A stretch of DNA of 61,382 nt. Origin: Planctomycetota bacterium (GTDB lineage: Bacteria > Planctomycetota > SZUA-567). This document shows positions 43,954 through 54,199 of this stretch, piece after piece. The position numbers and the translations under genes were made by a program. Positions within the stretch are counted from its first letter, which is position 1, and every line of letters starts with the position of its first letter. The notes under the pieces were generated by a model. It did no database searches, was not told the origin of the DNA, and saw only the letters and a program-made list of their open reading frames with translations. The stretch lies in contig JAITQC010000152.1 in NCBI GenBank assembly GCA_031289115.1, positions 1 to 61,382 on the forward strand. Reading direction: 5' to 3'.

Positions 43954-45267
43954 TCATCCCTGTCCGCCCCCGCCGGGCGGGGGGAAACGCCAGGACAGGG
44001 GAGATATCCGCCCCGGGTCGCTGGCCGGACTCAGGGAAAAGCCGGCCCAGGCCGCGATAGCGGTGCAGGGGATGTAAACCAGGAACGCCAACTGATAGCT
44101 AGATCCGGTGGCGATACCCCTGCCCGCGGCCCAGGCGAGGATGAACCCGGTTAAAATCTGGAGCAAGGCGCCACTGGCGAAACAGCAACTGGCAAGGGCG
44201 CCACTGGCCATGCCAGCCAGGCGGGAACCGAAGAGGTTGCGGGCCGAGGCGTAGACTAGGGCGTTGGGGGCGCTAAGGGCGAACCCTATCGCCAGGGCGA
44301 GCGCCACTAGCGAGGCGTAACTAAGGCGGTCCCCGCCGGCGAGAAGGACCAGTACGCTTGCCAGGGCCAGCAGTCCCGCCATTCCCAACCCCAGGCGGTT
44401 GGAATGCAGACGCTTCTCGACATACCAGGAGAGGACCGGGTTACCGATGATAAAGCCGAGGGAAAAAAGCGACACCACTAGGCCAGAGCGCGCCTCGGAA
44501 AAATGCTGGACATCTCTCAGGTAAGGAGCGGCCCAGAGTCCGATGAAGGACAGGTACATGCCGGACATACCGATGAACCAGGCCGCCAGTTTCCAAAATT
44601 CCCGGTTCCGGAAAAGAATCAGCATACCCTTTCCAAGATCAGTCAGGCTGTCGGGCCGGCGGGGGACGGGGGAAAACCCGAGACTTGGTTCCATTTCAGC
44701 CGACGGCCAGTCGCGGAAAGTGAAGTGGGCGAGGAGAGCGTAGAAGATGGTGGCCGCCGCCACCAGGAAGAAGCCATTCCGCCAACCCCACCTGGCGATT
44801 AGGATCGCCATGGGGGCGGCACCGAGGAAAGCTCCCAGGCCGCCGATGGCGAAAAAGATGGCGGAGAGCATGGGGAAGTCGCCGGCCCGGAACCAGCGGC
44901 TGAAAAAGGTGATGGCGGAGGCGAGGACCACCGACACTCCTAAGCCGGTGAGTATCCGCCCTAGACAGGCGATGGGGAAGGATGTGGCGCTGGCGAAGAC
45001 CAGGCCTCCCACGCCGGAGAGCAGGAACATCAGGGTGATGGTCCGGCGTGGCCCCAGCCACGCGGCGAGCATTCCCGAGAACAGGATGGAGACGCCATAG
45101 GCGTAAAGATAGGAGGAGCCAAGCAGTCCCATGCGGTCAGGGCTTAGTTCAAGGTCACGCATGACATCCTTGGCCGCCACGGTCATTACCATGTTCTGCA
45201 GGAAGGTCACCATGTAGGTGAGGGAGAGGGCGATAAACAGGTAAAACTGGTAGAATCGGACGGGCAT
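43954..45267 (-). CDS. MFS-family transporter
   Basis: 437 aa with about 12 predicted TM helices. MFS-like loop LGPRRTI between TM2 and TM3. Confidence 0.8.
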   Translation of the reverse strand: MPVRFYQFYLFIALSLTYMVTFLQNMVMTVAAKDVMRDLELSPDRMGLLGSSYLYAYGVSILFSGMLAAWLGPRRTITLMFLLSGVGGLVFASATSFPIACLGRILTGLGVSVVLASAITFFSRWFRAGDFPMLSAIFFAIGGLGAFLGAAPMAILIARWGWRNGFFLVAAATIFYALLAHFTFRDWPSAEMEPSLGFSPVPRRPDSLTDLGKGMLILFRNREFWKLAAWFIGMSGMYLSFIGLWAAPYLRDVQHFSEARSGLVVSLFSLGFIIGNPVLSWYVEKRLHSNRLGLGMAGLLALASVLVLLAGGDRLSYASLVALALAIGFALSAPNALVYASARNLFGSRLAGMASGALASCCFASGALLQILTGFILAWAAGRGIATGSSYQLAFLVYIPCTAIAAWAGFSLSPASDPGRISPLSWRFPPPGGGGQG

Positions 45268-45523
45268 GGCTTCCTCCCGGGATGGGACAGGGTGGCCATC
45301 CGGCGTAGAGTAGGGATTCTATCCCCTCCCGGCAGTCTGTCAAGTCCCGCCCCTCGCCTTCCTCTTTTTTCCCACCCCTTTGCCGCGGGGGAGGAAAATA
45401 TTCACAAGCCGGGTGAAATCTGGTAACATAAACACACCCCATCAGCTCCCCCTGCCTTTCGGCTTTTACCGACCTGACTGGAGGGGTTACGGTTTTCCCC
45501 ACCAGCTGCACGAGGAGCCAGGT

Positions 45524-47242
45524 TTGGACATTAAAGACAAGAAACGTATCCTTATCACCGCCGCTCTGCCCTACGCCAACGGGCCCCTCCACATCGGTCA
45601 TATCGCCGGGGCATACCTGCCGGCCGATATTTACACCCGCTACCTACGTTTACAGGGCAGGGAAGCCCATTTTATCTGTGGTTCGGATGAAAACGGGGCA
45701 CCCATCACCTTTAGCGCCCTGAAGGAAAACATCGATCCCCAGGAAGTGATCGACCGTAACACCGCCCGGTTGATCCAGGGTTTCGCCGGCCTTGATATTC
45801 AGTTTTCCCATTATGGCCGTACCCACACGCCTCACCACGCCGAGATTTGCCAGGAATTTTTCCTTCGCCTGCACGAGCGCGGGCATGTGGTGAAGAAGTC
45901 TGGCGAACAAGTATTCTGTACGGTTTGCGGCCGCTTTCTTCCCGACCGTTACGTCGAAGGCGTGTGCCACTATCCCGACTGCTTGTCCCCTGGAGCGCGG
46001 GGCGACCAGTGCGAGAAATGCGGCCGTCCCATCGACGCCACCCGGCTTGGGGATCCGGTCTGCATGGTCTGTAGCACCCTGGGCCGCGAATCGAGAGGCC
46101 ACATCGAGGTGCGCTCGACTGATCACTGGTTTTTCCGCCTCGACAATTTCTCCTCTGACCTACGGGGATACCTGGACCGACACCCGGAATGGCGGGAGTC
46201 GGTCCGTCGCTTCTCCTACGGCCTTCTTGATCAGGGTCTAAGGGAGCGCTCGGTCACCCGCGACATGGAGTGGGGGGTGCCAGTACCCCTGCCGGAGGGG
46301 AAGGGGAAGGTGCTTTATGTCTGGTTTGACGCCCCTATAGGCTACATCACCTTCTCCCGCGAGTATTTCGCCGCCCGGGGGGAGCCGGAGGGTTGGCGGG
46401 ATTTCTGGCAGGACGACAGTAACGGCCTGGTGCACTTCATCGGCAAGGACAACACCGTTTTCCACGCCGTCATTTTCCCCGGCATGCTCCAGGCCCACGG
46501 CGACTACCGCCTTCCCGACAGCGTGGTCGCTAACGAGTTCCTGAACCTGGAGGGTGACAAGATTTCCACCAGCCGCGACTACGCGGTCTGGGTGAACGAC
46601 TATCTCGCCACCTTCCCCCCCGACCCCCTGCGTTACTACCTTACCGCCATCGCCCCCGAGAGCGCCGACGCCGATTTTTCCTGGCGGCAGTTCCAGCAGC
46701 GTAACAACGGCGAACTCGCCGACAACCTGGGCAACTTCATTCAGCGTAACCTCACCTTCTGCCTGAAATATTTCGCCGGGCAGACCCCCCCGCCGGAGGA
46801 GCCAACCCAGGCTGGCAAGGAGGTGCTGCACGAAATCGCACTCGCCCGTCACGATATGGCGGAGGCGCTGGATGATTTCCGTTTCAAAGCCGCTCTGGAA
46901 CGCCTGATGCGCCTGTCGCAGCGGGGCAACCAGTATTTCGCCGAGGAGGAGCCTTGGCGTACCCGCAAGACCGACATGACCAGTTGCGCCCGCACCATGG
47001 GAGTGGGTATCCGGCTGGTAGAGGCTCTCTCTGTCCTTATGGCGCCTTTCCTACCCGGGTCGGCCGGGAAGCTGCGGAATTTCCTCAACCTCCCCGCCCT
47101 GGCGGACGGCGACTGGGAGGCCATGCCGCCACCCGAGGCGCCGGTCGGAACGGCGCGTCAACTTAACGCGGCCCAGGTTCTTTTTCCCAAATTCGACGAT
47201 CTGGTGATACAGCCGCAAATCGACAAGCTGCGGGGGAGTTAG
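45524..47242 (+). CDS. metG: Methionyl-tRNA synthetase (short form, no C-terminal tRNA-binding domain)
   Basis: ILITAALPYANGPLHIGH (HIGH motif), Zn knuckles CTVCGRF...CHYPDC...CEKCG...CMVCS, and a KMSKS-type motif KISTS. TTG 45524, preceded by GAGGAG, is preferred over the listed 45380 start. Confidence 0.93.
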   Translation: MDIKDKKRILITAALPYANGPLHIGHIAGAYLPADIYTRYLRLQGREAHFICGSDENGAPITFSALKENIDPQEVIDRNTARLIQGFAGLDIQFSHYGRTHTPHHAEICQEFFLRLHERGHVVKKSGEQVFCTVCGRFLPDRYVEGVCHYPDCLSPGARGDQCEKCGRPIDATRLGDPVCMVCSTLGRESRGHIEVRSTDHWFFRLDNFSSDLRGYLDRHPEWRESVRRFSYGLLDQGLRERSVTRDMEWGVPVPLPEGKGKVLYVWFDAPIGYITFSREYFAARGEPEGWRDFWQDDSNGLVHFIGKDNTVFHAVIFPGMLQAHGDYRLPDSVVANEFLNLEGDKISTSRDYAVWVNDYLATFPPDPLRYYLTAIAPESADADFSWRQFQQRNNGELADNLGNFIQRNLTFCLKYFAGQTPPPEEPTQAGKEVLHEIALARHDMAEALDDFRFKAALERLMRLSQRGNQYFAEEEPWRTRKTDMTSCARTMGVGIRLVEALSVLMAPFLPGSAGKLRNFLNLPALADGDWEAMPPPEAPVGTARQLNAAQVLFPKFDDLVIQPQIDKLRGS

Positions 47243-48283
47243 ATGTCCGCCCCGCCCGCCATTCTCCTCCGCCTGCCCAACTGGCTGGGGGACACAGTGA
47301 TGGCCCTGCCGGCTCTCCAGCATCTCCGAGAGACTTTTCCGGCGGCCCGGATCCTGGTGGCGGTGCGGCCACCTTTGGCGCTATTCATGGCGGCCCAGGA
47401 AGGAGTGGCGGGGGTGGTGGAGGCCCCGGGCCCTGGCTGGCTGGAACTGGGACGGCACTGCCTGGCGCCAGGTCGGACGCTAGCGGAAATAGACCTCGCC
47501 GTCCTCTTCACCAACTCTTTCGCCAGCGCCTTCTGGACTTGGCGCCTGGGAGCCCGGAGGAGGCTTGGTTATGACCGGGACGGGCGCCGCCTTTTCCTGA
47601 CCCATCCCTTGCCTTGTGGGCGAACGGTGCGACAGTTGCATTGCCTGGACTATTATCTGGCGCTTTCCCAGGCCGCCGCCCGGGTTCTAGGGGTGTCAGC
47701 GGACGCTCCCCCTCCGGAGCGGCTGCCCCGGCCCACTATCGCCGCGGACTGGCGTAGCCAGGCGGAGCGGCTTCTGGGCGAACGCGGGGTAGACAGTCCC
47801 TTTGCCGTCCTCGCTCCCTTTAGCGCCTTTGGCGCGGTGAAAGACTGGCCTTTTGCTTACTACCAGCGCCTGGTCCGGGAATTGTCCGAGCGCCGGGGAC
47901 TCCGGGTTTTGCTAAGCGGTACCGCTAGCCAGGCTGCCCGAGCCCGGGAACTCGCCCAAAGCCACCCCCGGGCCCTGTCGCTCGCCGGGGACACGGACCT
48001 CGGGACCTTCGCCGCTGTTCTGGAACGGGCCGCCCTGTTTGTCGGAGGGGACTCCGGCGGAGCGCACTTGGCCGCCGCTTTGGCCATACCCACCCTGGTT
48101 ATCTTCGGTCTCACCGATCCTTCCCGGACCGGCCAGACTGGACCGCGGGTGGCTATTCTCGGGGGTAAGCCAGGCGAGGAACTCCGGGGTGGCCGCGCCC
48201 GAAGGGTGGCGGCGGAGGAATTGTCCAGCATCGGGGTGGAAACGGTTTGGGAATCCCTGGAAAGCCTGGAAAACGGGAAGTAA
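47243..48283 (+). CDS. GT9-family ADP-heptose:LPS heptosyltransferase (WaaF/RfaF-like)
   Basis: ILLRLPNWLGDTVMALPAL..., GGDSGGAHLAAALAIPTLVIFG. Confidence 0.8.
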   Translation: MSAPPAILLRLPNWLGDTVMALPALQHLRETFPAARILVAVRPPLALFMAAQEGVAGVVEAPGPGWLELGRHCLAPGRTLAEIDLAVLFTNSFASAFWTWRLGARRRLGYDRDGRRLFLTHPLPCGRTVRQLHCLDYYLALSQAAARVLGVSADAPPPERLPRPTIAADWRSQAERLLGERGVDSPFAVLAPFSAFGAVKDWPFAYYQRLVRELSERRGLRVLLSGTASQAARARELAQSHPRALSLAGDTDLGTFAAVLERAALFVGGDSGGAHLAAALAIPTLVIFGLTDPSRTGQTGPRVAILGGKPGEELRGGRARRVAAEELSSIGVETVWESLESLENGK

Positions 48284-48301
48284 AGGCAAGCGAGGGGAAA
48301 T

Positions 48302-49405
48302 ATGTCGGCGGGTGAGTGGGACGGACGGAATTTCCTCATAGTCAGGTTGTCGGCGCTCGGTGACACCGTGCACGCCCTGCCGTTTGCGGCGGCCCTTAGG
48401 GAAGCCTGTCCCAATTCCCGGATCGGCTGGGTGGTGGAGGAGCCGGCCGCTGACCTGGTGGTCGACAACCCCCTCCTGGATTGTTGGCACGTTGTCCCGC
48501 GGGGCTGGCTTAAATCATTCCGGATCATAAAGGAACTGCGCCGAAGCCTACGTAATGAAGAGTACGATGTGGCTTTTGACATCCAGGGCCTGTCGAAAAG
48601 CGCCATCGCCGCCTGGCTTTCCGGGGCGGAATTGCGAGTGGGCTTTATCCGGGGTGAAAGCCGCGAGATCGCCCCCAACCTCGACAACTGTCTGGTACCC
48701 CCCACCGGGGTACACGTGGTGGACAAGGTCCTTTCCCTGCTTAACGCCATCAGCGTCCCCATCCCCCACCGGGGGACATTTATTTTCCCTCCTTTTTCCG
48801 GGGCAGGGGCGCTAGGCCTCCAGTCTTGGCTCGACCAGAATCACCTCCACCCGCAGGAGTTCGCCCTTTTCGGACCCTGGGGATCGTTTAGCTCGAAAAT
48901 CTGGCCCCTGGAGCGTTTCGCCGCCCTGTCCAGCATGCTTTACCAGGAGTGCCACTTGCCAGCCCTAGTCCTAGGGCATGGCGAGGCGGAGCGCCAGGCG
49001 GTCACGGAAATAGCCACTCGCCTGCGGCCGGGATCGTTCATCCTCGCTCCGGAACTCCCCCTGCTCGGGGTGGTGGAGCTCGCCCGGCGGGCCCGGATCT
49101 TTATTGGCAATGACTCCTTCCCCCTCCACGCCGCCGCCGGTGTCGGCTGTCCCTGCCTTGGTCTTTTCGGGGTTACTGACCCGGACCGTCTCGGACCCTA
49201 TAGCGAAAAATCGCGGGTGGTGTATGAGCGGCTGACTATCATGGAAAACGCCCGGGATTACCACCAGCTTGACAAATCCACCCTTTTCGCCCTGGGGGTG
49301 GAAAAGGTCTACCGCGCCTGCCTGGATGTCATGGTGGATGTCACCACCGCCTCCAACGGTTCCTTCTGCAGTCTTTCTGACCGGTTGGCCGGGACGGCTC
49401 TGTAG
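48302..49405 (+). CDS. GT9-family heptosyltransferase (WaaC/RfaC-like)
   Basis: FLIVRLSALGDTVHALPFAAAL...RIGWVVEE, GNDSFPLHAAAGVGCPCLGLFG. Confidence 0.8.
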   Translation: MSAGEWDGRNFLIVRLSALGDTVHALPFAAALREACPNSRIGWVVEEPAADLVVDNPLLDCWHVVPRGWLKSFRIIKELRRSLRNEEYDVAFDIQGLSKSAIAAWLSGAELRVGFIRGESREIAPNLDNCLVPPTGVHVVDKVLSLLNAISVPIPHRGTFIFPPFSGAGALGLQSWLDQNHLHPQEFALFGPWGSFSSKIWPLERFAALSSMLYQECHLPALVLGHGEAERQAVTEIATRLRPGSFILAPELPLLGVVELARRARIFIGNDSFPLHAAAGVGCPCLGLFGVTDPDRLGPYSEKSRVVYERLTIMENARDYHQLDKSTLFALGVEKVYRACLDVMVDVTTASNGSFCSLSDRLAGTAL

Positions 49406-49542
49406 CGAGAATTCCCCCTATCTGGCGCCGGTCTTTGGCGCCTCTCCCCGGGAACGGGGACTTGGTATTTTAGCGTCACGCGCCAGGCGGCGACCGTCGA
49501 CCGCCGGGGTGCCGGGGCATATTTACCTAAGGAGAGTGCGAG

Positions 49543-51075
49543 ATGCTTATCGGAATCGACATTGGAACGGGCGGCACCAAAGCGGTGGTTTTTGACAAGA
49601 AAGGGCGGCTACTGGGACAGGGTTTCAAGGAATACGGTGTCCTCACCCCGGCTCCGGCCTGGGCTGAACAATGGCCGGATGTGTGGCTGGACGGCACGGT
49701 GTCTACCCTCAAGGACGCTTTCCAGGCGTCCGGACTTAAGCCAGGGGACATCCACGCCGTGGCTATTAGTGGTCTCTATGGCGGTTCCGGCATTCCCATC
49801 GACAAGGACAAGAATCCCATCCGCCCTTGCATGATCTGGATGGACCGCCGGGCCCGGAAGGAGACGCAATGGGTCAAGGACAACGTCCCCCTGAAGAAGA
49901 TCTTCGGCATCACCGGCAACTACGTCGACAGTTATTTCGGTTTTACCAAGATGATGTGGCTAAGGAACAACGAGCCGGAAAACTGGAAAAGAGTTTACCA
50001 GTTCTCCACCCCCAAGGACTACATCATCTACCGCCTGACTGGTGAATTGGCGACTGATTACTCCTCGGCTGGCAACATCGGCGGTGTTTTTGACATCCGG
50101 AAAAAAACCTGGTCGCCCGAGATGTGTAAAATCCTCGGCATACCCCAGGCTTACCTGCCGGAGCGGATCACCCGCTCCCATGACGTGGTGGGAAAGTTGA
50201 ACAAGGAGATAGCTGACCTTACCGGGTTACGGGCTGGCACGCCGATAGTCGCTGGCGGCATCGACGCCCCGGTGGCGCAGTTCAGTTGCGGTGTGGTGAC
50301 ACCAGGCGAGCACGTGGCCATGGTGGGAACGTCCATTTGCTGGGGCACGGTGTCTAACGGAGCTAACCTCACCCCTGGCCTTATCAGCTACCCCTACGTG
50401 GTGAACGACGACACCCAGATCTACACCTTTGGCGGCGGCGCCACCTCCGGGGCGATTGTCCGCTGGTTCCGTGACGAGTTTGGTCAGACGGAAAAGGAGT
50501 TCGGGGCCAAGAGCGGCATCGACCCCTACGCCCTGATCGAAATGGAAATGAAGGCGAAAAAGGTTGGCCCCGGCGCCGGCGGCCTGGTGGTTCTCCCCTA
50601 CTTTATGGGTGAGCGTAGCCCCATCTGGGATCCGGATGCCCGGGGCACCATCATCGGCCTCAACCTTCTCCACAGCAAGGCCCACATTTTCCGCGCCTTC
50701 ATGGAGGGGGTGGCCCAGTCGCTACGCCACAACATGGAGGCCGCTACTGAAGCCGGCATCGTTCTTGACAAGAGCTGCTTCATGGTGGGTGGGGCGGCCA
50801 AGTCCGACATCTGGTCGCAGATTTTCGCCGATGTCACCGGTTACCACATCCGCCGCCTGGCCCTGGACGTCGAGGCGCCATTTGGCGACGCCTTCCTTGC
50901 CGGCATGGCCACCGGTGTCTTCAAGAAGGGCGAGGAGATCAAGAAGTGGCTGTCCTTCCGGGAAGAGAACAGGTGCAACCTCCAGAACCACAAACTTTAT
51001 TCGAAGTATTATGACCTTTACAAACGCCTGTACCAGCAGACCAAGGGGATCATGGCGGAAATAGCCGCCCTCTAG
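49543..51075 (+). CDS. FGGY-family carbohydrate kinase (xylulokinase-like)
   Basis: MLIGIDIGTGGTKAVVFD, GGIDAPVAQF, GGGATSGAIVRWF and VGGAAKSDIWSQIFADV. Confidence 0.85.
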   Translation: MLIGIDIGTGGTKAVVFDKKGRLLGQGFKEYGVLTPAPAWAEQWPDVWLDGTVSTLKDAFQASGLKPGDIHAVAISGLYGGSGIPIDKDKNPIRPCMIWMDRRARKETQWVKDNVPLKKIFGITGNYVDSYFGFTKMMWLRNNEPENWKRVYQFSTPKDYIIYRLTGELATDYSSAGNIGGVFDIRKKTWSPEMCKILGIPQAYLPERITRSHDVVGKLNKEIADLTGLRAGTPIVAGGIDAPVAQFSCGVVTPGEHVAMVGTSICWGTVSNGANLTPGLISYPYVVNDDTQIYTFGGGATSGAIVRWFRDEFGQTEKEFGAKSGIDPYALIEMEMKAKKVGPGAGGLVVLPYFMGERSPIWDPDARGTIIGLNLLHSKAHIFRAFMEGVAQSLRHNMEAATEAGIVLDKSCFMVGGAAKSDIWSQIFADVTGYHIRRLALDVEAPFGDAFLAGMATGVFKKGEEIKKWLSFREENRCNLQNHKLYSKYYDLYKRLYQQTKGIMAEIAAL

Positions 51076-51116
51076 GCGCCGGATGGTTTGGCGTTGGAAG
51101 CCTGATGAAAAGCAGA

Positions 51117-51152
51117 GCAGCCGGCCGGGTCTTCCCGGCCGGCTGCTTTTTC
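51117..51152 (+). terminator. Rho-independent terminator after the FGGY kinase gene
   Basis: 13-bp GC stem GCAGCCGGCCGGG / CCCGGCCGGCTGC, loop TCTT, then TTTTT. Confidence 0.8.
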
Positions 51153-51203
51153 TCTTGGCCTAGCGTTTGGCCCGGGCACGGGGGCAGGGAGTTTTTTCCC
51201 TAG

Positions 51204-53167
51204 CTAGCCCAAGTTACCCAGTGAAGAAATTAAGTCCCGATACCAAGGGTCGACCCTAAAAGTTTTGCTGACATTTTTCCAATCCAAAGCGATTTTTCAC
51301 CATTCATTCGGGATCTCCAAATGTAGTCGTTCCAGGAGGATTTGTTGACTTTTCGTGGGAGAACTGACACAGGTTTTTCTTAGGTCTACCCCAGTACGAG
51401 TTGGTATGACCACTTCCAGCATGTCTATTTCTGTCAATTCGCGTAAAACCCGGAGTGGTTCATCACCAAACCCAGCCTGACTGCATAACCGCCCCAAGGC
51501 TTTCCAAAGCACAAAAGACAAGAAGCAGACCAAAATATTCGCCCTGACACGATCTTCCTTTTGCTGCCATAATGGGCGTAGGCAAAGATCGGCTTCGTCT
51601 ATTCTAAACGCGTCCTCTACCATAGTGAGGTGAATGTAGGCTTCCTGCAAATCCTTGGCGTCCCATTTGGTAATGTTTGAGTGAAGAATGTAGTAGCTGT
51701 CCAGAGGCTGGACGTCGACTACCTTTTCCTGGATACGGTGCCATTCTAGACGTGCCCGGCCTTCGTCATCATAAACCTTGGCGAAATAGAAACGCGAGGC
51801 ACGGCTGTTCTTCTCCCGCAGCCTTCCCAGTGACTTGCTAATCGTGTCAGGAGCCCATTTCTTTTTCTCGCAGCGGGTGACCAGTTTAGCCAGGCCTACT
51901 TCCATTTGGCGGGAAAACTTGTCACGCCTGGTGTTTTCATTTTTACCCCGGTCTTGGCTGCGACAAAGGAAAGACACCACGCCGTCTTTGTCAGAGTGGA
52001 TATTTTTCACCGCATCTCCGTCCTGGCCGGAAAACCAATCTTCGACCTGAGAATCAACTTCGCACTTCTTGAGTGGGCTTTTGGGGAAGCCGACTATATA
52101 ACGCCGATTCTCCCGGCTCAAGAACTGCAAATTTTCATCTGACCTCATGTCACGGTCAATTATCCAGATGCGGTCGGATTCTCCATAGCGGGATTCAATC
52201 ACACCGATCATTCCCTGTAGGCTGGTGACATCGGCTTGATTGCCAGGGAAAACTTCGTAACCCAGTGGCCAGCCACCCCGGGTTACCACCAAAGCGACCA
52301 CCACCGGCTGGTAATCAAGCCGGTGCTCGCGATAATAATCCGGGCTGTCTAAGGGACAGGATGCGCTATTTTCTTTAAAATAAGTCGAGGTGATATTGTA
52401 GAACAGTATGTCGTATTCAAGTTTGGCGAGACTGCCGGACTGCTTCTTCAGGAATACCTCCAGGTCTTCCTTTTTCGCCAGTAGATGGTCAAGGCTACGA
52501 TAGATGTGGTCTGCGTCATCTAGTTTTGCCGGCACCCCCAAAAGGTCGGAAAGGGCCGTATTTTTAAAGGCGGGCGGGGCGACAAGCAATTCGGATTCGG
52601 AGGCCGGATTAAGAAAACGGTTGATAACCAGGATCAAGGCGGTCAATGACTGGTCTTTTTCGCTGCTGTCAGAGAAGGTGGATTGGAGGAATTTGTCCAG
52701 TCCAAGTAATTGGATAAGATGCAGGGCGAGCCAAGGGCCACCGAAATCGCGTTTATTTTCTAGACGAATTCCATTGGCGTTTACTTCCATTTTTCCGCTC
52801 TTTCTTCTTCTCGGACAAGGGAAAACAGGTGGCGTTGTTTTTCGGGTGGCTTGGCGTTGGCAGCCGTTAACGCTCCGCGGCGAACTAATCGAGAAGCGAC
52901 CCCAGGATAGAATACGATCCGTTGCCGCGGACCGCTTTCGCTACTAAAGACTTCACCAACTCCCAATAGATGGGGTTTTTTACCATTTTTTAAGGCCGGA
53001 TAGGTTTGATAAACATTACCTGTTTATAATAGCACCAACTTCTATTGAACCCGACCAGTTTTTGCCTACAACGGGTTTTTCGCCAATTTCGCGGTAAAAT
53101 TAGGAATTACTTCCGAAAGAACCACCAAAAAGGCCTAAAAAAAGTTGAGTTGAGTAACTTGGGCTAG
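51204..53167 (-). mobile_element. IS1634/IS4-family insertion sequence (~1.96 kb) bounded by 14-bp inverted repeats
   Basis: CTAGCCCAAGTTAC at 51204-51217 and its exact reverse complement GTAACTTGGGCTAG at 53154-53167. GC content drops inside. Encodes a DDE transposase with IS1634-like N-terminal motifs. Confidence 0.75.
51297..52986 (-). pseudogene. IS1634-like DDE transposase, N-terminal region split over three reading frames
   Basis: The main ORF 51297-52790 (...RDFGGPWLALHLIQLLGLDKFL...) lacks the usual N-terminus. The upstream fragments MVKNPIYWELVKS (ATG 52986) and ...SESGPRQRIVFYPG...KQRHLF... (52781-52966) are in other frames. At least 2 frameshifts lie near homopolymer runs. Confidence 0.6.
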
Positions 53168-53991
53168 TCGGGTTGGGTTGGTTCGGCGGTCAGGAGAAAA
53201 CCGTTGGCGTTTTCCTCCCGGTCCGCCCCGTGGTATTTACCGGTCCTGGCTTCGTTCAGGTAGGTGAAGTCTAGCAGGCGGTAGCCGGACGCCTTGACCA
53301 GCTCCAGCAGTTCCTCGGAAGTGAAGTAATGCAGCCTTAGGTCAAGAACGCCGCGGTATTTGCGCTGCAGGTGGTCGCCAGCGTCCAGGCGTCCCGCCGC
53401 CCGCAGTTTCAGCTCCTGTAGATAAGGGCGGGAGAGGCGGGGAACAAAATTCTGGTAGCGCTTCTCATTGTGGGCGTGGATCACCAGACGGCCGGTTGGC
53501 TGCAGGCGGGAACGGACCAGCCGCAGGAGACGCTGGCGTTCCTCCGGGGAGTAAACCAGTCCCAGGGTGCTAAACATCAGGATGGCGGCGTCAAAAACCA
53601 GGTTTTCCGGTAGCGGCAGCTGGCGGATGTCAGCCTTGACCAGGAGGACCGGTCGAGCGGGGTCTGGAGCGGTGGCGCTCGGCGCCAGGGTGATGTATTG
53701 CCGCGCCAGGCGCTCCCGGGCCTTGTCCAGCATGTGTGGGTTGAGGTCCATTCCCACCGCCAGGCCGCCCTGGCGGGCGACCAGTTCGAGATGGCGCCCG
53801 GTGCCGCAACCCAGGTCCAGTACCAGGTAGTTGTCTCCCGCAGGCCGGGGAAGTTCAAGCGCTGACTCAAGGTAGAGGCAGTCATATTCAAAAAGGGGAT
53901 AGTCGGAAAAATAGTGGTCGTAGGTTTCGGCCAGCTTGGCGTTGTCGAGATAGGCGGCGAGCAGGGGGTCGAAGACGGGGGGGTTGGGCAT
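53164..53991 (-). CDS. Class I SAM-dependent methyltransferase
   Basis: Motif I VLDLGCGTGRHLE, an acidic post-I residue (VGMDLN), 275 aa. Confidence 0.8.
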   Translation of the reverse strand: MPNPPVFDPLLAAYLDNAKLAETYDHYFSDYPLFEYDCLYLESALELPRPAGDNYLVLDLGCGTGRHLELVARQGGLAVGMDLNPHMLDKARERLARQYITLAPSATAPDPARPVLLVKADIRQLPLPENLVFDAAILMFSTLGLVYSPEERQRLLRLVRSRLQPTGRLVIHAHNEKRYQNFVPRLSRPYLQELKLRAAGRLDAGDHLQRKYRGVLDLRLHYFTSEELLELVKASGYRLLDFTYLNEARTGKYHGADREENANGFLLTAEPTQPD

Positions 53992-54199
53992 GCCGACGAG
54001 TCCTTTACGTGAGTCAACGGGTCCAGCCGGAAAGGAACTCCCGGGCCTGGCTGTCGTTCTCGGTTAGGGCTATGGCCCGGACCTGCTGGATAACCTTATC
54101 GACATCCGGCTCGCCTTCCCTGGTCCGGGTGACGCGGCTGATGCGGGGGAAAGCGGAGGGAGTCAGGCTTTCACCGGCGGAGAAGAGTCTCTCCTGGAG

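Noticed and set aside
52781-52966. The 61-aa ORF as an independent gene upstream of the transposase.
   Set aside because: It contains the SGPRQR...YxG segment typical of IS1634-type transposase N-termini, and it overlaps the main ORF. I interpret it as a frameshifted fragment of the same gene.
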